Assembly (NCBI RefSeq): GCF_006345805.1
Contig: NC_042998.1
Coordinates: 11,780,001-11,844,000 of the forward strand
DNA length: 64,000 nt
Origin: Octopus sinensis
Lineage: Eukaryota
Reading direction: 5' to 3'
Positions 25,123 to 39,102 of the stretch are shown piece after piece (positions within the stretch are counted from its first letter, which is position 1; each line of letters starts with the position of its first letter). The notes under the pieces are model-generated. The model did not search any database. It was given only the letters and a program-made list of their open reading frames with translations, and was not told where the DNA came from. A program made the translations under genes and the position numbers.

Positions 25123-26711
25123 CAAGGTGTCCTCCCAAAATGTGTGGCACATTGAATGAGTATAAAGTCAGTGTTTATTAAAATCCGTTTCAGTTTCTAA
25201 AGTTAATAGACTCTACTGACAGAGTTGAAATCTTTATATATAAAAGAGAGGTTGTGTGCTGTCTATCTCCTACGATTTACATTCCTAACTACTCCCACAT
25301 TTTGTGGTGCAGTTTACCAAAACCGGGTATCTTATAGTCGTGATTCATATCGAGCCCTTCTGGGTATTAGCGCGCGTCTACGATGAGTCTACGATTTAAA
25401 AAAAAACTTACCATCATTGTTTTCCATTTTAATGCATTTTTCGATATTATATAAGGGAAGTAACTCTCTAAAAATGTCTACAATGAGTCAACGATTAAAA
25501 AAAAAATTTACCATAATTTTCTTTCCATTTTTAATGCATTTTTTTGCTATTTTTTGGCTATAACTCTCTAAAAATGCTTATATAGTTATTTCCCTTACAA
25601 ACCCGAGCAACGCCGGGCGATACTGCTAGTAATTTATAAAGATTTATAAAGGTTTATTTTCAAACTGATGACAGTTCTGGTTTATGCACTTCTGTTAACT
25701 CGAAAGAATGGAGGCATTAGTATCCAGAATAGGTTCCTACGGTATTTGTGTTCATTCTTGTTTTTGTACGGTAAACTTTATCGTTCACGTAATCCCAAAT
25801 AAATAAAAAAAAAACCAGTCCACTGGTGTGAGATCTGGTAAACGTGGAGTTTCACCTAATCTGCTTTTTAGGCAAAATCTCATCAAATTAGAACCTTGCA
25901 TTAATATGGTAATATAGGTGTGATCCATCTTGATGGGAATAAAGGATTATCACGTCAAGTTCGAGTTAATAAAATCAGTCGCATTACCGTAAAAAAGAAT
26001 AGTGCAATTAATCCTTTTGATAACACGCTGCACCATACTGTAACATTTGGCAAATTTATGTAATGCTCCTTCGTAATAGGCAGATTCTCAAGTCCCAGTA
26101 GGTGCAACTGTAGTGTTTAATTGGACCATTTAATCAAAATGTTACCTTAGTCACTCTAAATAATCTTTGTTAGAAGTGTGCATTTTCTACATATTTTGCC
26201 AAGTACCATTCGCAAACCCCACCTCTTCGGTTCGTGTCATCTTCATTGATAGCATGAACTATTCTCGGAATGTAAACTTTTCCAATGACCTCGCTTCAAA
26301 GTCCGATGGATGCTTGTAATTACTTTCGCACGATTCGCTTGAAACACAGCTTTTCTTGAACGTTGACATTGCGTTTCTAGTACACATCCTTGCTTTGTGG
26401 TGCTTGGCGTTGACCAGGGTCTTCTGGAAAGTTCCTAGTGGACATTCTGGAAAATTCTATATGTCTCAAACTTATCTCTAATTCGATTATATTAAATTGT
26501 ATAGATGAATCTGTGTGACACTCTCTCCTTATCTGTCTTTGTACGTTGACCGCATTTTCAAACTTCCAGTGGAATTTAGGTTAAATTTCGTTTGTTCAGT
26601 AATTAACCTGCCATTTTTCATTATTTGTAATGAATTAAACCTAGCAACAAATAAACATTGGGTGAGATATCAGCGGTTGAAATGTGTATGCATATTTCTG
26701 GGAACCTCTGT
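25123..26711 (-). mobile_element. Degenerate Tc1/mariner element (DUF4817/rosa-like transposase) with nested Helitron
   Basis: Imperfect TIRs caaggtgtcctcccaaaatgtg / catatttctgggaacctctg with TA flanks. Minus-strand traces VHAINEDDTNRR..CEWYL, HQDG, PDLTPVDWF. Confidence 0.7.
25231..25629 (+). mobile_element. Non-autonomous Helitron
   Basis: A|TC start, subterminal hairpin cccgagcaacgccggg, CTAG|T end, no TSD; internal tandem duplication of about 100 bp (25377-25576). Confidence 0.88.
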
Positions 26712-27434
26712 ATATATCCAAAATAGATACAGATTCTAAAAATATGTATAACATATTATCGTGTTCTAACTTGCTATATTTATATACACCGGCACTGTAA
26801 GGCTCTAATATTCTCAGCTTTGCTTATTAAGTAATTTCCCTTACATATAACACTCTCTGAAATCTAATTCGATACCCAGAATGTTTATGAAAACGGGTCT
26901 CCATAGCAGCGAGATACACTGGAATTGGAAAATTATATATATTGAATATTGTTTCAGTGCTCCAATAATTATCCATTTATTTCTTGCTGAAAATTCTAGA
27001 ACGATGAAAAAAAGACAGTAGAGGATAGCATACATACGTTTGTTATAATGAATACATATACATACACACACACACACACACCACACACACACATACACAC
27101 ACATATGTATGTATGTATGTATTTGTGCATGTATATGTGTATGTATGTATGTAATCATGTTTGCATGTATGTATATACATATGAATAAAAATGTATACAA
27201 ACCCCACATTTATACCTACCACCCATGACCATGTATATATATATACATACACATACCTTATATATATTAAATTAGAGATAAAACCACTATTAGGCAAATC
27301 AAACAGTGAAAAACATAAACCAATACATAGAAATAAAATTAATATAATATACAAAATATATAAATAATAAAATTCAAAATTTAAATTATTTAAATTTAAA
27401 GTTAAAATTAGAAAAAATTATACTTATAAATTTT

Positions 27435-27470
<36 letters not shown>

Positions 27471-27567
27471 TTATTATCTTAATTTTTATTATTATTTTAA
27501 TTTTTTTTATAAATATAGCTATCAAAAAGTATTAAAAAGTTGAATATAAGATAAAGAGTAAAACCAC

Positions 27568-27656
27568 TACGATTGTTTCATGCCCATAACCTAATTCGAA
27601 TAACAATAATTTAAATTCAATTAATAATTCGAATTATGGTTATAGTCAATCTTCAG
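27568..27656 (-). ncRNA. Type I hammerhead-like motif, intact core, very long stem II
   Basis: CUGAAGA-UUGACUAUAACCAUAAUUCGAAU...AUUCGAAUUAGGUUAUGGGCAU-GAAAC-AAUC-GUA. Confidence 0.65.
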
Positions 27657-28699
27657 GTTAATGATAATATTTAAATAAATAATCAAAAATATTTAAACAA
27701 TATTTTTTAATAAATAAATAAAATAATAATTTTTCTTATAAGAAACTCTATTATCAAACTAGAAACTTTAACGATTATGATTATGTCATACAATCGATTA
27801 TAATGTTAAATATTAATTTTTAAGTATTAATTTTTAAGGTAAGAAACCCACAAATAATCTAATCTCAGTTATAGTCAATATCTAATTACATGAATACTTT
27901 ACAAAAAAAATTACTATTCATGTTATTAAATATAATTTCAAGTGAAATAATTATATAATATTTGAATAATAACTAAATTATCAATGAAAATATATAAATG
28001 TATATAGATATAAGAATTAAGATCTAAAATTATCTCTATCAATAAATATATATGCACGTATAATAAAGACCTAATAAATTAATTATTCATTATTACTTAT
28101 AAAAATATTAAAAGATTAAAGATGAAATAGCTAATTGTAAACAAACAAACAAACAATCTTAAAAGAACGCTATAACTAATTAACGATCCATATATCTCGT
28201 TGGCTAACTAATAACTTTCAAATATGGTATAGTTAAGAAACTAAAATGAAATAATAAAATACTTAATGAAATATTCAATCCGTAGTTATATAGTATCAAA
28301 TAAATACTACGAATATATTTATCAATGGAAAAAATATTATCAATTTAAAAAAACAATATATAAGTTAAAATAACAATTATGAAAAATTTAAAATAACTAT
28401 CAACAAATATAGTTATTTAGGACTAAAATTAATGCTATCAATACATGTAATACATGAAACCTAACTTTAAAAAACTCGTATAACTGTTAACGATCTATGT
28501 ATCTCTTTGGCTAAGTAAAGTCTTACGAATAAACGTAAAGTTAAAATCTAATAATTATATAGAAACAACTACGATAACTAGATCATTACATAACCATCAG
28601 TGTTTATATAAAATACAATATTATACAATAAGACTTATTAAAATATTTAAATTTAAAAATTTAAAAATCTTAAATATAAATATATACTTACCTTTGCGA

Positions 28700-30990
28700 G
28701 GTTTTGTGACACAAGAGAGTTGGTTTATACAGAACGATGACCAGGAATTCTGTCGAAAACCATGCGTAACAGAAGAATGAACATTCAGTGCTTCTTAATA
28801 AAAAGAATTACAGTCCAGTAAACGGTAGGAAAATGCCAGCACAAATTTTGTGATTTTGTAATCAATCTTCCTTATAATTTGCTAACAGGTCCGAAATTTA
28901 AACCAAACACTGACCGAGAAGAATGGAAGATCATCAATTGTATCAAATAAGATCACAATATAGTTATTAAAGAAGCTGATAAAAGTTTAGCCGTAGTTAT
29001 TATGAATTCGGAACAATAAATAAACACTGCACAAGCTTTTCGTCGTGACAACACTTACTATGAAAACTTCATAATTGCTAGCAATCCAAAATAAAGAAGA
29101 CGCTCACTACCCTTATCGAACAGCTCCAAAAGGATTTAACGGAAGAGGACAAGGCCTATTTAACAAGATTTGAATGCAAAACCCCCAGTTTTTACTAACT
29201 CGCTAAAATCCGCAAGAACGAAACAATAAATGAAGCTTGTAGTAGGTCAACTTCATTGGTTATTAATATGCCACTTCTTAGAGCTCTCAAATTGAGATCA
29301 AATGTGGCAGGTCTGTCCTGTGAAACCCGTAAACTCAGTAATTTCATTGACGTATTTCTGAAACCTACTCTTAAACATATACCATGCTTCACTAGAAATG
29401 ACTTGGACATTTTAAACCATCTCCCGAGAAAAACCAGCATGGAATCTATTTTCAACTCATTCGATATAGTAAATATCTGCGGGGCGATTCTACACGAACA
29501 TGGAATAGGAGTTATACAGCTCTGGTTGGAAAAAGTTCCAAATGACTTCCTGACCAAACTGGGAAAGAATTTATCAATAAATGATTAAAATTCATCCTCC
29601 AAAATAACATTTTTACTTTCAACTACAACACCCACAGAAAAATATCTGGAATTGCAATGATGACGAAGGTGGCTCCCACTTTTGCTAATATTGTCATGAC
29701 ATACTTAGAAGTTCAAATATACGAGTAAGCAGACTGAAACTTAGCGATAACTTCCATAAATATGTGCCAACTGGAAATGCTGCCTGGACGATTGTTTCAT
29801 TCTGTGATCACATAATCTGGACCAACTCCTGGAGTTTAAAAACTTAATTAATAACGTAAACCACAGTGTTTAATTTAAACTAGAATACCGTAAAACACAG
29901 TTACTCTTTTTGGATAGCATCGAGGAACTTAATCTCTGTTTTGAAATGCAGCGGGTGTGGTAGAGATTACATAAGTCAAACCAGCTTGACCTTGAAGGTC
30001 AGAATGAAGGTACATAGACAAAAGATTCGTGATCCAAAATAGGAAGATTCCTGTAAGATCTAGTTCTGTGATCCGCGAACAAACATCCAAATGTTCCCTC
30101 TATATCAATGTTCCGGAAACAGTTCAGCCCAATTCAGATGGAATAAGGAGTATATGATTATCAGGAAATACAGACCACAACTAAATACCCTATAACAACA
30201 CTCCAGAGTGAGAAATCTCAATTTATTTACTAAAAATAACTATAGATATAAATCAAAAGTTGAAGTAACGTGCTACTTCAGGGATTCGAAACCTCATATT
30301 CAAACTACGGTGCAACTACACCATGTACCTTCTGAAACACAAGTTGCTGACGTCACTCTAGATTTAACCAATTAAATATTTTACTGGTAAAAACCGAATC
30401 TTCAGGAAAAAAAAAAACATTCAACTGACCGAGACCATTGGCTTCTTAAGGGAATCAACCAACCGGAACACTGGACGACCGGTAGACGAAAACAAGTTAC
30501 CAAGACCTTTGACAAAAGAGAATGACGTATGCAGAAAATCAACCAACCAGAGCACTGAAACTATGCAGTTCAATAACAAGTGACCAAAACAGTCGATAAA
30601 CAAAGGATGTTACTTGGAAGACCGCTGGATTCCTGCGAAGTCAAAATCTGTGATCAGAATATCGTAAAATCAAGCGACGACATATTCAGACAGTCAGCCA
30701 AACAAAATAGTAGACCGCAGGCGGACAAAAGCAAATAATGTGATTTAATTTATAACTAACCAGAACTTGAAGTTATATCTTAAAAAATCTGTATATATCG
30801 AAAGCAATATCAAGATCTCACTGGCAAAACCAGCAACGAAGGATCTTCCTTCATGCACTATAACAGAAGTTGTAAAAATATTCTAACACTTTTAACACTT
30901 CAACATATCTAATTGTTAATATAACCCGTACTGAACTTACAATCATGTATGACTGTTATGGAACTCGTCGAAATTTGGACTTTATTATTA
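28700..30990 (+). mobile_element. Old, heavily disrupted Penelope-like element (Neptune-like)
   Basis: IVIKEADKSLAVVIMN, LRSNVAGLSCETRKLSNFIDVFLKP, SFDIVNI, GIAM, LDDCF, and a GIY-YIG remnant (CSGCGRDYISQT). Confidence 0.85.
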
Positions 30991-31005
30991 TCTAACTGGG
31001 AAATT

Positions 31006-31170
31006 TATTATTCCGCACGCGTAAGCGAAAGCAGAGTATTGTAATCACTCGTTTTTTGTCTGTTTGTCGGTGTGTTTTCAAATTTACTGGAAAACAGCAG
31101 AACGGATTTTCACCAAATTTCGCAGAAATACTCATTGCGTGAGTGGCTAGATTTGATTCACCTGCCATTA
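31006..31170 (+). mobile_element. HINE/Helentron-like non-autonomous fragment
   Basis: TT start, gcg...gcgaa..gagtattgtaatcactcg, (gtct)-like tract, ggattttcaccaaattt. Confidence 0.55.
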
Positions 31171-32719
31171 TTGAAAGACTTTCAAAGCACTTCTCAAATT
31201 CTACGCAATATTTTCTATAAGTACTTTTTGTTCACTTTCTTTTTCATATGAATCGAACCTCGTCTGCGTGAGTATAGATCATGGAACACCTATGCGCGTA
31301 GAAACGTGTGGGTAAATACATACATACATACATATATACATACATACATACATACATACATATGCGACTCTGTATGTGTGCATACGCATGCGCGTGTACA
31401 GTGATGGATTCGAAGATTTCGTTCATTTACGAGTTGATTTCTTAATTTCATCGGAGTATAAATGGTGTTACTTAAAAAAAAAAAAAATTAAAAAGAGTCG
31501 AACTTACAAATTTCCTGATAGGCAAGGTTTAATTCAGTTCAATTAAAAAGCATAGGTAAGCAACGCATTGTAAACCATAGTATAATTTACGGAAAAAATT
31601 TATCTGCGCGCAGGGTATGCATTACACATCCGATGCCTTTTTTCCTCCTTAGATATTGAAATTTGTATGAACATTTGCATTTTTAAAGCATGTTTTCTGT
31701 GTATAAACATTATCTCCATACACGCCCGATAATGTTTGCTTCTTTGACGTTCACTCTTGATATATAACCATTGATTTGCAGACCTCCTAGTTCTCTTTCG
31801 CCAAATACTAAGCTTTGTCCTTAGTTTGAACGACCTTATCTCCCTCTTTAGCTCTCCTTTTCTCTCACTCTTCCTCTCTTTTACTTTCCTTATCACTCAC
31901 TTTCGTGATAAAGACTACTCGCAATCCTCTTTTACCCGTTCCTGATGGATTGCAACTAATTTCTGTATCTTCTTTTCAGGTTTCCTTAACATAAGTGCAC
32001 ACCTATATGATATCTCCGTCCTTCAGATAAACGTATTTGAATGCTTTCATATAGCGATATCCTTCCTACTCTTTTGCTAGGTGGTCATTTATCATTTATG
32101 ATCGATCTGGTTTCCTAATGCATATATGTTCCTTTTGAGGAAAAACAAGGATATATTGAGACATATGTACTATTGTAAGGAATTGACTACGTAATAAAAG
32201 AAATACATATACACAGACCTGTACACACACAAGCACACACACGTACTTATAATTGTGTGTATATACAAACACACACACATATTTATAATTGTGTGTATAT
32301 AAAACACACACACATACAGAGACACTCAGACACACACAAGCAGATACACACACACACACACAAGCAGATACACTCACACACAAAAAAAAAACAAAATATG
32401 CATACAAAGTTTCACATTTCAAAACAATACGCTTTCACGGAATTGGCACGATTTTATTGCACTGCTGGCATGTTTCAAGGAAATATTTTATGTTGTTAAC
32501 TTTTATCCAAAACGTTTATGCAGAAATAAAAAACTCTGCCAGGCGTGTTCCGCCATTAAAATGGAACGTAAGAAAAGGTTATTGTTACGAAGTTTATTCA
32601 GTATCTCATAAATCGACAAAATGTTGGATTAAATACATTACAGTATTCATTCAGTCTCTCTCTCTCTCCCTCTCTCTTCCCCCTCTCTCTCTGTATATAT
32701 ATTATATATATATAATATA

Positions 32720-33098
32720 TTTTTTCTCTCCTTTTTTCTGTGTACCTTTCTGTAGAAGAGCGTAGGCTCGAAACGTAAAAGACTTTTTCTATTCCTGAGC
32801 GTTATAATAATACATCTGTTTGTTTTGTACACCCCCTGTCTTCGTCTTTTGTTTTTTTCGTAAACTTTCCTTATAATATATATATATATGCCATGTTGAT
32901 TCGCTAGCTTCTGCACGCATTTTTTTCTCTCCTTGTTTCTTTCCGTGTTTCTTTTCTGTGTATCTTTCTGTTTAAGAGCGTAGGCTCGAAACGTAAAAGA
33001 CTTGTTTTAATTATTATCCTGAGCGCCATACTAATACAATTGTTTGTTTGTATTCCACCTGCCTTCGTCTTTTGTTTATTTTCATAAAGCTTCCCGTT

Positions 33099-33100
<2 letters not shown>
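32720..33100 (+). mobile_element. Tandem pair of PLE pseudo-LTR-like units (period about 218 bp), each with a minimal hammerhead
   Basis: Units at about 32720-32877 and 32920-33100. HHRs at 32745-32782 and 32963-33000: CUUU-CUGUnnA-A-GAGC-GUAG-GCUC-GAAAC-GUA-AAAG. (TA)n flanks. Confidence 0.75.
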
Positions 33101-33135
<35 letters not shown>

Positions 33136-33627
33136 CAGACACGCACACACATGCACACACACACATATATATTGTTTTGCTTTAGGTACCGATTCTAAAT
33201 CATGCTGGACTAGAATTTCCTTTTTATCCTCTCAGGATAGGTGGTGGCAGCGGTCGATCTTATGATCGAACCAAACGAACTGTATTTTCACTTGATCTTT
33301 AAAATACGATGTTATGTTTCAGCTCCATCTCCGACATTTGGAAATGACGCAACATTCGAACTCAGAAAAGATTCCGGACGGCAACCAGGTTAATAATTCT
33401 GAAATTACGCCGCCGTAGACCGAAGATGAAGTCAGAATGTTTAAAACGTAAACATTCAGCACAATGAGTCGGTAAAAGTAGCGCTAAAAATTCTACCCAG
33501 CACTCTAAGGACCCTATCAATCCGAAGCCCTCGCGCGACCATTTTCTCCCTTTTTCAGACGGTTTGTCTTGGATGATTTTATCTAACCAAAAGCGGTGAC
33601 CTGGCAGAGTCATTAGCACACAGGACA

Positions 33628-33757
33628 AATTTTGCCGAGGTCGAATTTGCTTTCATTCCTTCCAGGTAGATAAAATAAGCATTGGGGTCGATGTATTCGA
33701 CTTATTTCTGTTCCCAAAAAACGTCATGCCTCGCGCCTATAACAAAAAAGGATTATA
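33628..33757 (+). mobile_element. Old SINE family B fragment
   Basis: gccgaggtcgaatttgctttcattcc...ggggtcgatgtattcgact. Confidence 0.65.
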
Positions 33758-34067
33758 TCATGTAACCTGTCGTTCTCACTTTCTAAGATTGTTTTAAAAA
33801 AGATAGTCAACTGCTATATTTAACTGCTATTCCTTGCAGCTCGAGCGACCACGTGAAGGTTCGCTTGTTGACTTGATTTATAAATTTTTATATAAACATA
33901 TGTAGTAGCTGTGAGTGACTGAGCATCTTTTCAGGCATAAAAAAGTAAACAGTTCGTGTCCAAATTTTTTGACAGTGCCCCTTTCTCCAATACGCACACA
34001 CACACAAAACCCCAGCATATTTTTAAATTCTTGGTCTATAAAGCAATAGTGATTCTTTCATAATATT

Positions 34068-34125
34068 GCATGGCCACAGCTCATTAGCTGAAACTGGAAA
34101 ATCAAATCAAAATCAAATCAAATAC
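34068..34125 (+). mobile_element. Isolated LINE/SINE 3' tail with (AAATC)n end
   Basis: gcatggccacagctcattagctgaaactgg matches the tail of the CR1-like LINE at 19964. Confidence 0.6.
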
Positions 34126-34492
34126 ACATCTAGGTATCTAATTACTAGGTTAATTAGATATATTGCTGGAATCGAATATAGCAGGATAGTTGCATTATTA
34201 CCAACCGTTTAGTTAGAATATTACAGAATTCTACTTCATGGGTTTGACATAGCATGGGGGATGACATGCCTTATGTAATGTCTTCATTCGTGATCCGAAT
34301 AGAGGATAGTTAAGAAAGTTACTAGACTGGTCTCGCAGATAAGTTGATACTTAACTTTCTGAGCACTGATATTACAACAGGAAGAACTCTATGTGGTCTC
34401 ACAATCTATGACAAAGAACGACTAAATGTCCATCATGTCACGTTCTACAGATATAAAAGTAAATTTACACACTGGGCAATGTAGTCCCATGT

Positions 34493-34966
<474 letters not shown>

Positions 34967-35247
34967 AATACATATGTGTGTGCCTTTTGTTTGGATGTAA
35001 ATTAATTCACAATTATAACGTATAATTTGATTCAACAAATTTTGTGTTTGTGTCATTGATTTGCTAATATCAGTTTTTCTGTTTAGAATGATTTCAATAT
35101 CAATTACGACTAAAAAGAACGCAATGTAATTTAGATCTTTATGTAGATAATTAAAATAAGTATCGCATATATTAATACATTTCAAGAATGGAAGAAGGTA
35201 TAGAAGAAGGCGAGGCAGGCACAGGCTTGGCAGGCGCAGGCGTAGCA

Positions 35248-35642
35248 GACGTAGGCGTGGCTGTGATAAGAAGCTTGCTTCACAACTACATGATTCCGGG
35301 TTCAGTCCCACTGCGTAGTACCTTGGGCAAGCGTCTTCTACTATAGCCTCGGGCCGACCAAAGCCTTGTGAGTGGATTTGGTAGACGGAAACTGAAAGAA
35401 GACTGTCGTATATATATATATATATATATGCATTTGTGTATCTGTGTCTCTCCACCATCGCTTGGCAATCGATATTGGTGTGTTTATGTCCCTATAACTT
35501 AGCGGTTCTGCAAATCAGACCGATAGAATAAGTACTAGGCTTACAAAGAATAAGTCTTGGGCGTCGATTTCTTCGACTGAAACCCCCTAAGATGGTGCTC
35601 CAGCACGGCCACAGTCAAATGACTGAAGCAAGTAAAAGAATA
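35248..35642 (+). mobile_element. SINE family A (older subfamily)
   Basis: Full-length similarity to the 17526 copy. Confidence 0.92.
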
Positions 35643-36729
35643 AATGAATATATATAAAAGAAAAAAGCGAAAAAAGAGACACAAAAATGTATGAATTTTA
35701 AAGGGAGATAACGTGCTAATTCACAATGAGCAGAAAACCTGGTTCGTTTACTTGCTGCACATTATATCAATACGTATATCGTTAATCAGAGATACACTGG
35801 AACGCTATATTAAATGACATTCTCTTTAGTATATACATATAAACTTAAGTAATTATAAATACATTTCTCTGGGGATGCATATGAACAGCTGCAGAGAATG
35901 CAAATTTCCGGTCTGGAAACTAGAAATTTAGTACTACCTTATCTACTTAATTATGGTGTTAAAATAAGCATTTCGAATATTAAAGTGTTGCATTTTAACA
36001 TCTTTTGATTTGGCAAACGTTTATGGGAACGAGTTAAGCTTCACAATCGGCTGAATTACAAGTACATGTTTTGAATTCCTTAGAAGTATCAGGTAAATTT
36101 TACTCTAAATCGGAAGGTAGAGAGTTGAAACATAATACTATAGATATCACTCCCACTTCTTTATTCATATTATTCTTAGAAGAAAACCCCCAAAAATTAT
36201 TCAACTGATGATACAGCTCTTGGCTCTTAAAAACAGCAAAAACAAATCTACGAAATCTCCTTAACAAATTTTATGTATTGATTACAAATGAGTTGAGGCG
36301 GCAATCTGGCGGATTCATTAGAGCACCGGCTTGTATACTCTGGTAGTCATTCCCCACCTGTACAATCTGAATTCAAATTCCTGTCTAGATTGAATGTTGC
36401 ATTTCCGCCTTCTCATTCGGTAATACGAGCTACAATTACGGACGATATCCCGTTTCTTCTCTCTCGGTATCAGCAAAGAGCAAATAAATGAGTACTAATG
36501 TAGCTTATTTATCCAACAAAAGTTGCTTTCATCGGGCTAAAAGTTTTTGCCAGAATTCATAGAGGCAGGCATCAACCAGCTTAGCATCTTAAGATGCCTT
36601 TTACAAATGGCTTCGCACATTTATTATATGAAAAAGAACAAGACTATTCGAGCAAGTTATAAAACGATATTTGATTATCCTATCAGAATAGGAGGGGATG
36701 CAAGTGCCTCATAGACCTGCTCAGACATC

Positions 36730-38200
36730 TGCAACTGTCTGACAGGTAGCGACTGAACTACACGAATGTACCAATGTGGACATGGACCAACCGCATCGGG
36801 TCGTCCAGATCATATTCAGGACAGTAGATAGGGATAGTGTAGGTTTTCAACAATTTTACATAGCCAGCTACATAGATCACAAATTTGTGACTTGTACCCT
36901 CGACTTAGATAGGAATCATAGGCAGGGTCCCGGTTACTGGAAGCTCAACGCGTCTTTCCCGGCTAAGGTGCTAGCGGAGAGGTTGGCGCTTGTCGTCGAG
37001 AAACTGGTCGACAAGGCGCAAACATGCACCGTGCCGGGCAGGAGTATCCATGACAACCTCCAACTGATGCGCTGCATCATAGACAGAATAGTTAAGGAAC
37101 CTGGCACGAGTGGGGCGCTGATCAATTTGGATCAATTATAAGCCTTCGATAGGGACGGCCATCATTGCTTAGAGGCTGTCTTTAGGGCGGCTGGTTTCGG
37201 CCCCGTCTTCCGCGGTTGGATCGCTGCTTTATATAGCGGCATCCACTCGGTAGTTCGCGTAAATGATCATCTATCCAGACCATGCGACATCACGCGTTCG
37301 GTCCGTCAATGGCGCTCCCTATCGTCACTTCTGTATGTATCGACTCTACAACCACTAATGCGGAAGCGGACGACGCTGAGGCTGAGGGGCATCCCACGAG
37401 AACTGGGATGCGGGAGGAGCGTGGCTGCATACGCGGAAGACGTTACCGTCATAGTGTCGAGCCACAGACGTATCGATCTGGTCGGTGAGACACTAAAAGA
37501 ATACGAAGTCAGTGGGCTTGTGGCTCGGCACCTGCAGAAGCAAGTGCATGCCATCTAACAGCGTCTCCCTTGTGATGGACTGGTTAAATTGCTCGGGGTC
37601 TGGTTCGGTCCGGACCTCCAAATAGAGATGAACTGGGACGAAATAACGAGCAGAGTGGCCACTCTCACCCAGCAATAGGCAAAGAAGCTATCTCTAAAAG
37701 GTCGGGTTGAAGTGGCAAATGCGTACATTGCATCCGTCATCTACTACCATCCGACCGTCGTGTTTTGTCTCGACCATACCATCACAAAACTGGAGTGCAT
37801 ACTCTTCCGATGGAAGGGAAACGTTCCGATGGTCAGGCGATCCATTTGCTGCCAGCATCCGCTAAATGGAGGGCTGCGCACACCGCGGTTAATGATGCGC
37901 TGACATGCGCTGAGACTGCAACATCTCCAGCATTTCATAGACGACGGTGAACAGGTGTGGCCGGCGTTTGTGAGACGCGCTTTACCGCACTTCGTCTTTT
38001 TAAGCGAACTGCTATCGAGGATAAAACAGAGACCGAGGCTGGGCGAATAGCACTGCAAGTGTCATCTTGCTCTCGAGCAACTCTGTGCGACTTCAATTCA
38101 ATGAAGACGTTTTATAGAGGATTAGTGGAGAGGTGCCACGACGTTCTTGGGGAGACACTGGGCGTCGACGTGGAATACTTGACCCGCCTCTTCAGGACCA
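36730..38200 (+). mobile_element. Degenerate, internally deleted Tx1-like LINE
   Basis: Endonuclease end (DHKFV...GPGYWKLNAS) joined directly to RT (AKVLAERL...GRSIHDNL, LINLD, AAYAEDVT, KLLGVWF); stops and frameshifts. Confidence 0.85.
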
Positions 38201-39102
38201 CTATCTATTTATGTTAGCTAGCTCGCTCGAAATTGCATTTTTATTGCCGGATTCCAACCCACTGGGACACAACTCAGTGTTCTTGTAAAAATGCGTGGAT
38301 AAGTCACCCAAGAAAACATTTTACTTGAAAAATAATACTTGCCGAACAATTTTCAACTAATTAAAATTTTGTTACTCCAAGTGTTTAGAACGATTTTACT
38401 GTTCATTTTCCAAAGCAAATTGTGGTAATTAGGGATTTTAATGAAAAGCTATATCAGAATAAACTAATGATTGCCCGTTTGCACATCTGAAGCGATTGAT
38501 GTATATTTTTCATTGTTTAAAATAAATGAAAAAAGCGAGTGAGTAATCACGCACAACGAAATCCTCTATTATAATTTCATTCACAATTTAGATGCACAAT
38601 AGGAATATAAATGATCACAAGGGTGTTATTGAAGGAAAGGAATAGCTAAAAGAAAAAAGAGAAAAGAAATTGCTTTTTAGAGATATTGTAGAGATATTTA
38701 GAGATATTGTAAGAGTTGTGCTTTGAGATTGGATCGATGCGGAATATATTAAGATATAATATATTCAAGTTGAGATCTGATTCTGAATTGCAGTGATTTT
38801 CTGGTAACAGGTAAAAAAAAAATTTTTTTTAATGTAAAAGAAATAAGATATAAGCGAAAGCAGGTACACTGGGAAGACAGTTTTATATTTGCTGGTTGCA
38901 ATTTCACTGAAGCATGTATTTTTAACATAAAAAATAGAGTGGGGACAAATGAGAAAGGATTACCTATGCAGTTACGGTGAAAACATGAATTATAAAAATG
39001 TATGCATCACTGGATGTAGAAGGGCATGACATAAATTAGGAATGATGACATTACTATAATGCAACAATGGCTTTATGAATAAATAAGTTGCCTCGGAAAC
39101 AT

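Noticed and set aside
27340-28690. Mitochondrial insertion (NUMT) or control region
   Set aside because: No recognisable mitochondrial gene, tRNA or rRNA motifs were seen.
28684-28700. ATACTTACCT, identical to the U1 snRNA 5' end
   Set aside because: Similarity stops after 10 nt; better read as a minus-strand splice-donor-like sequence.
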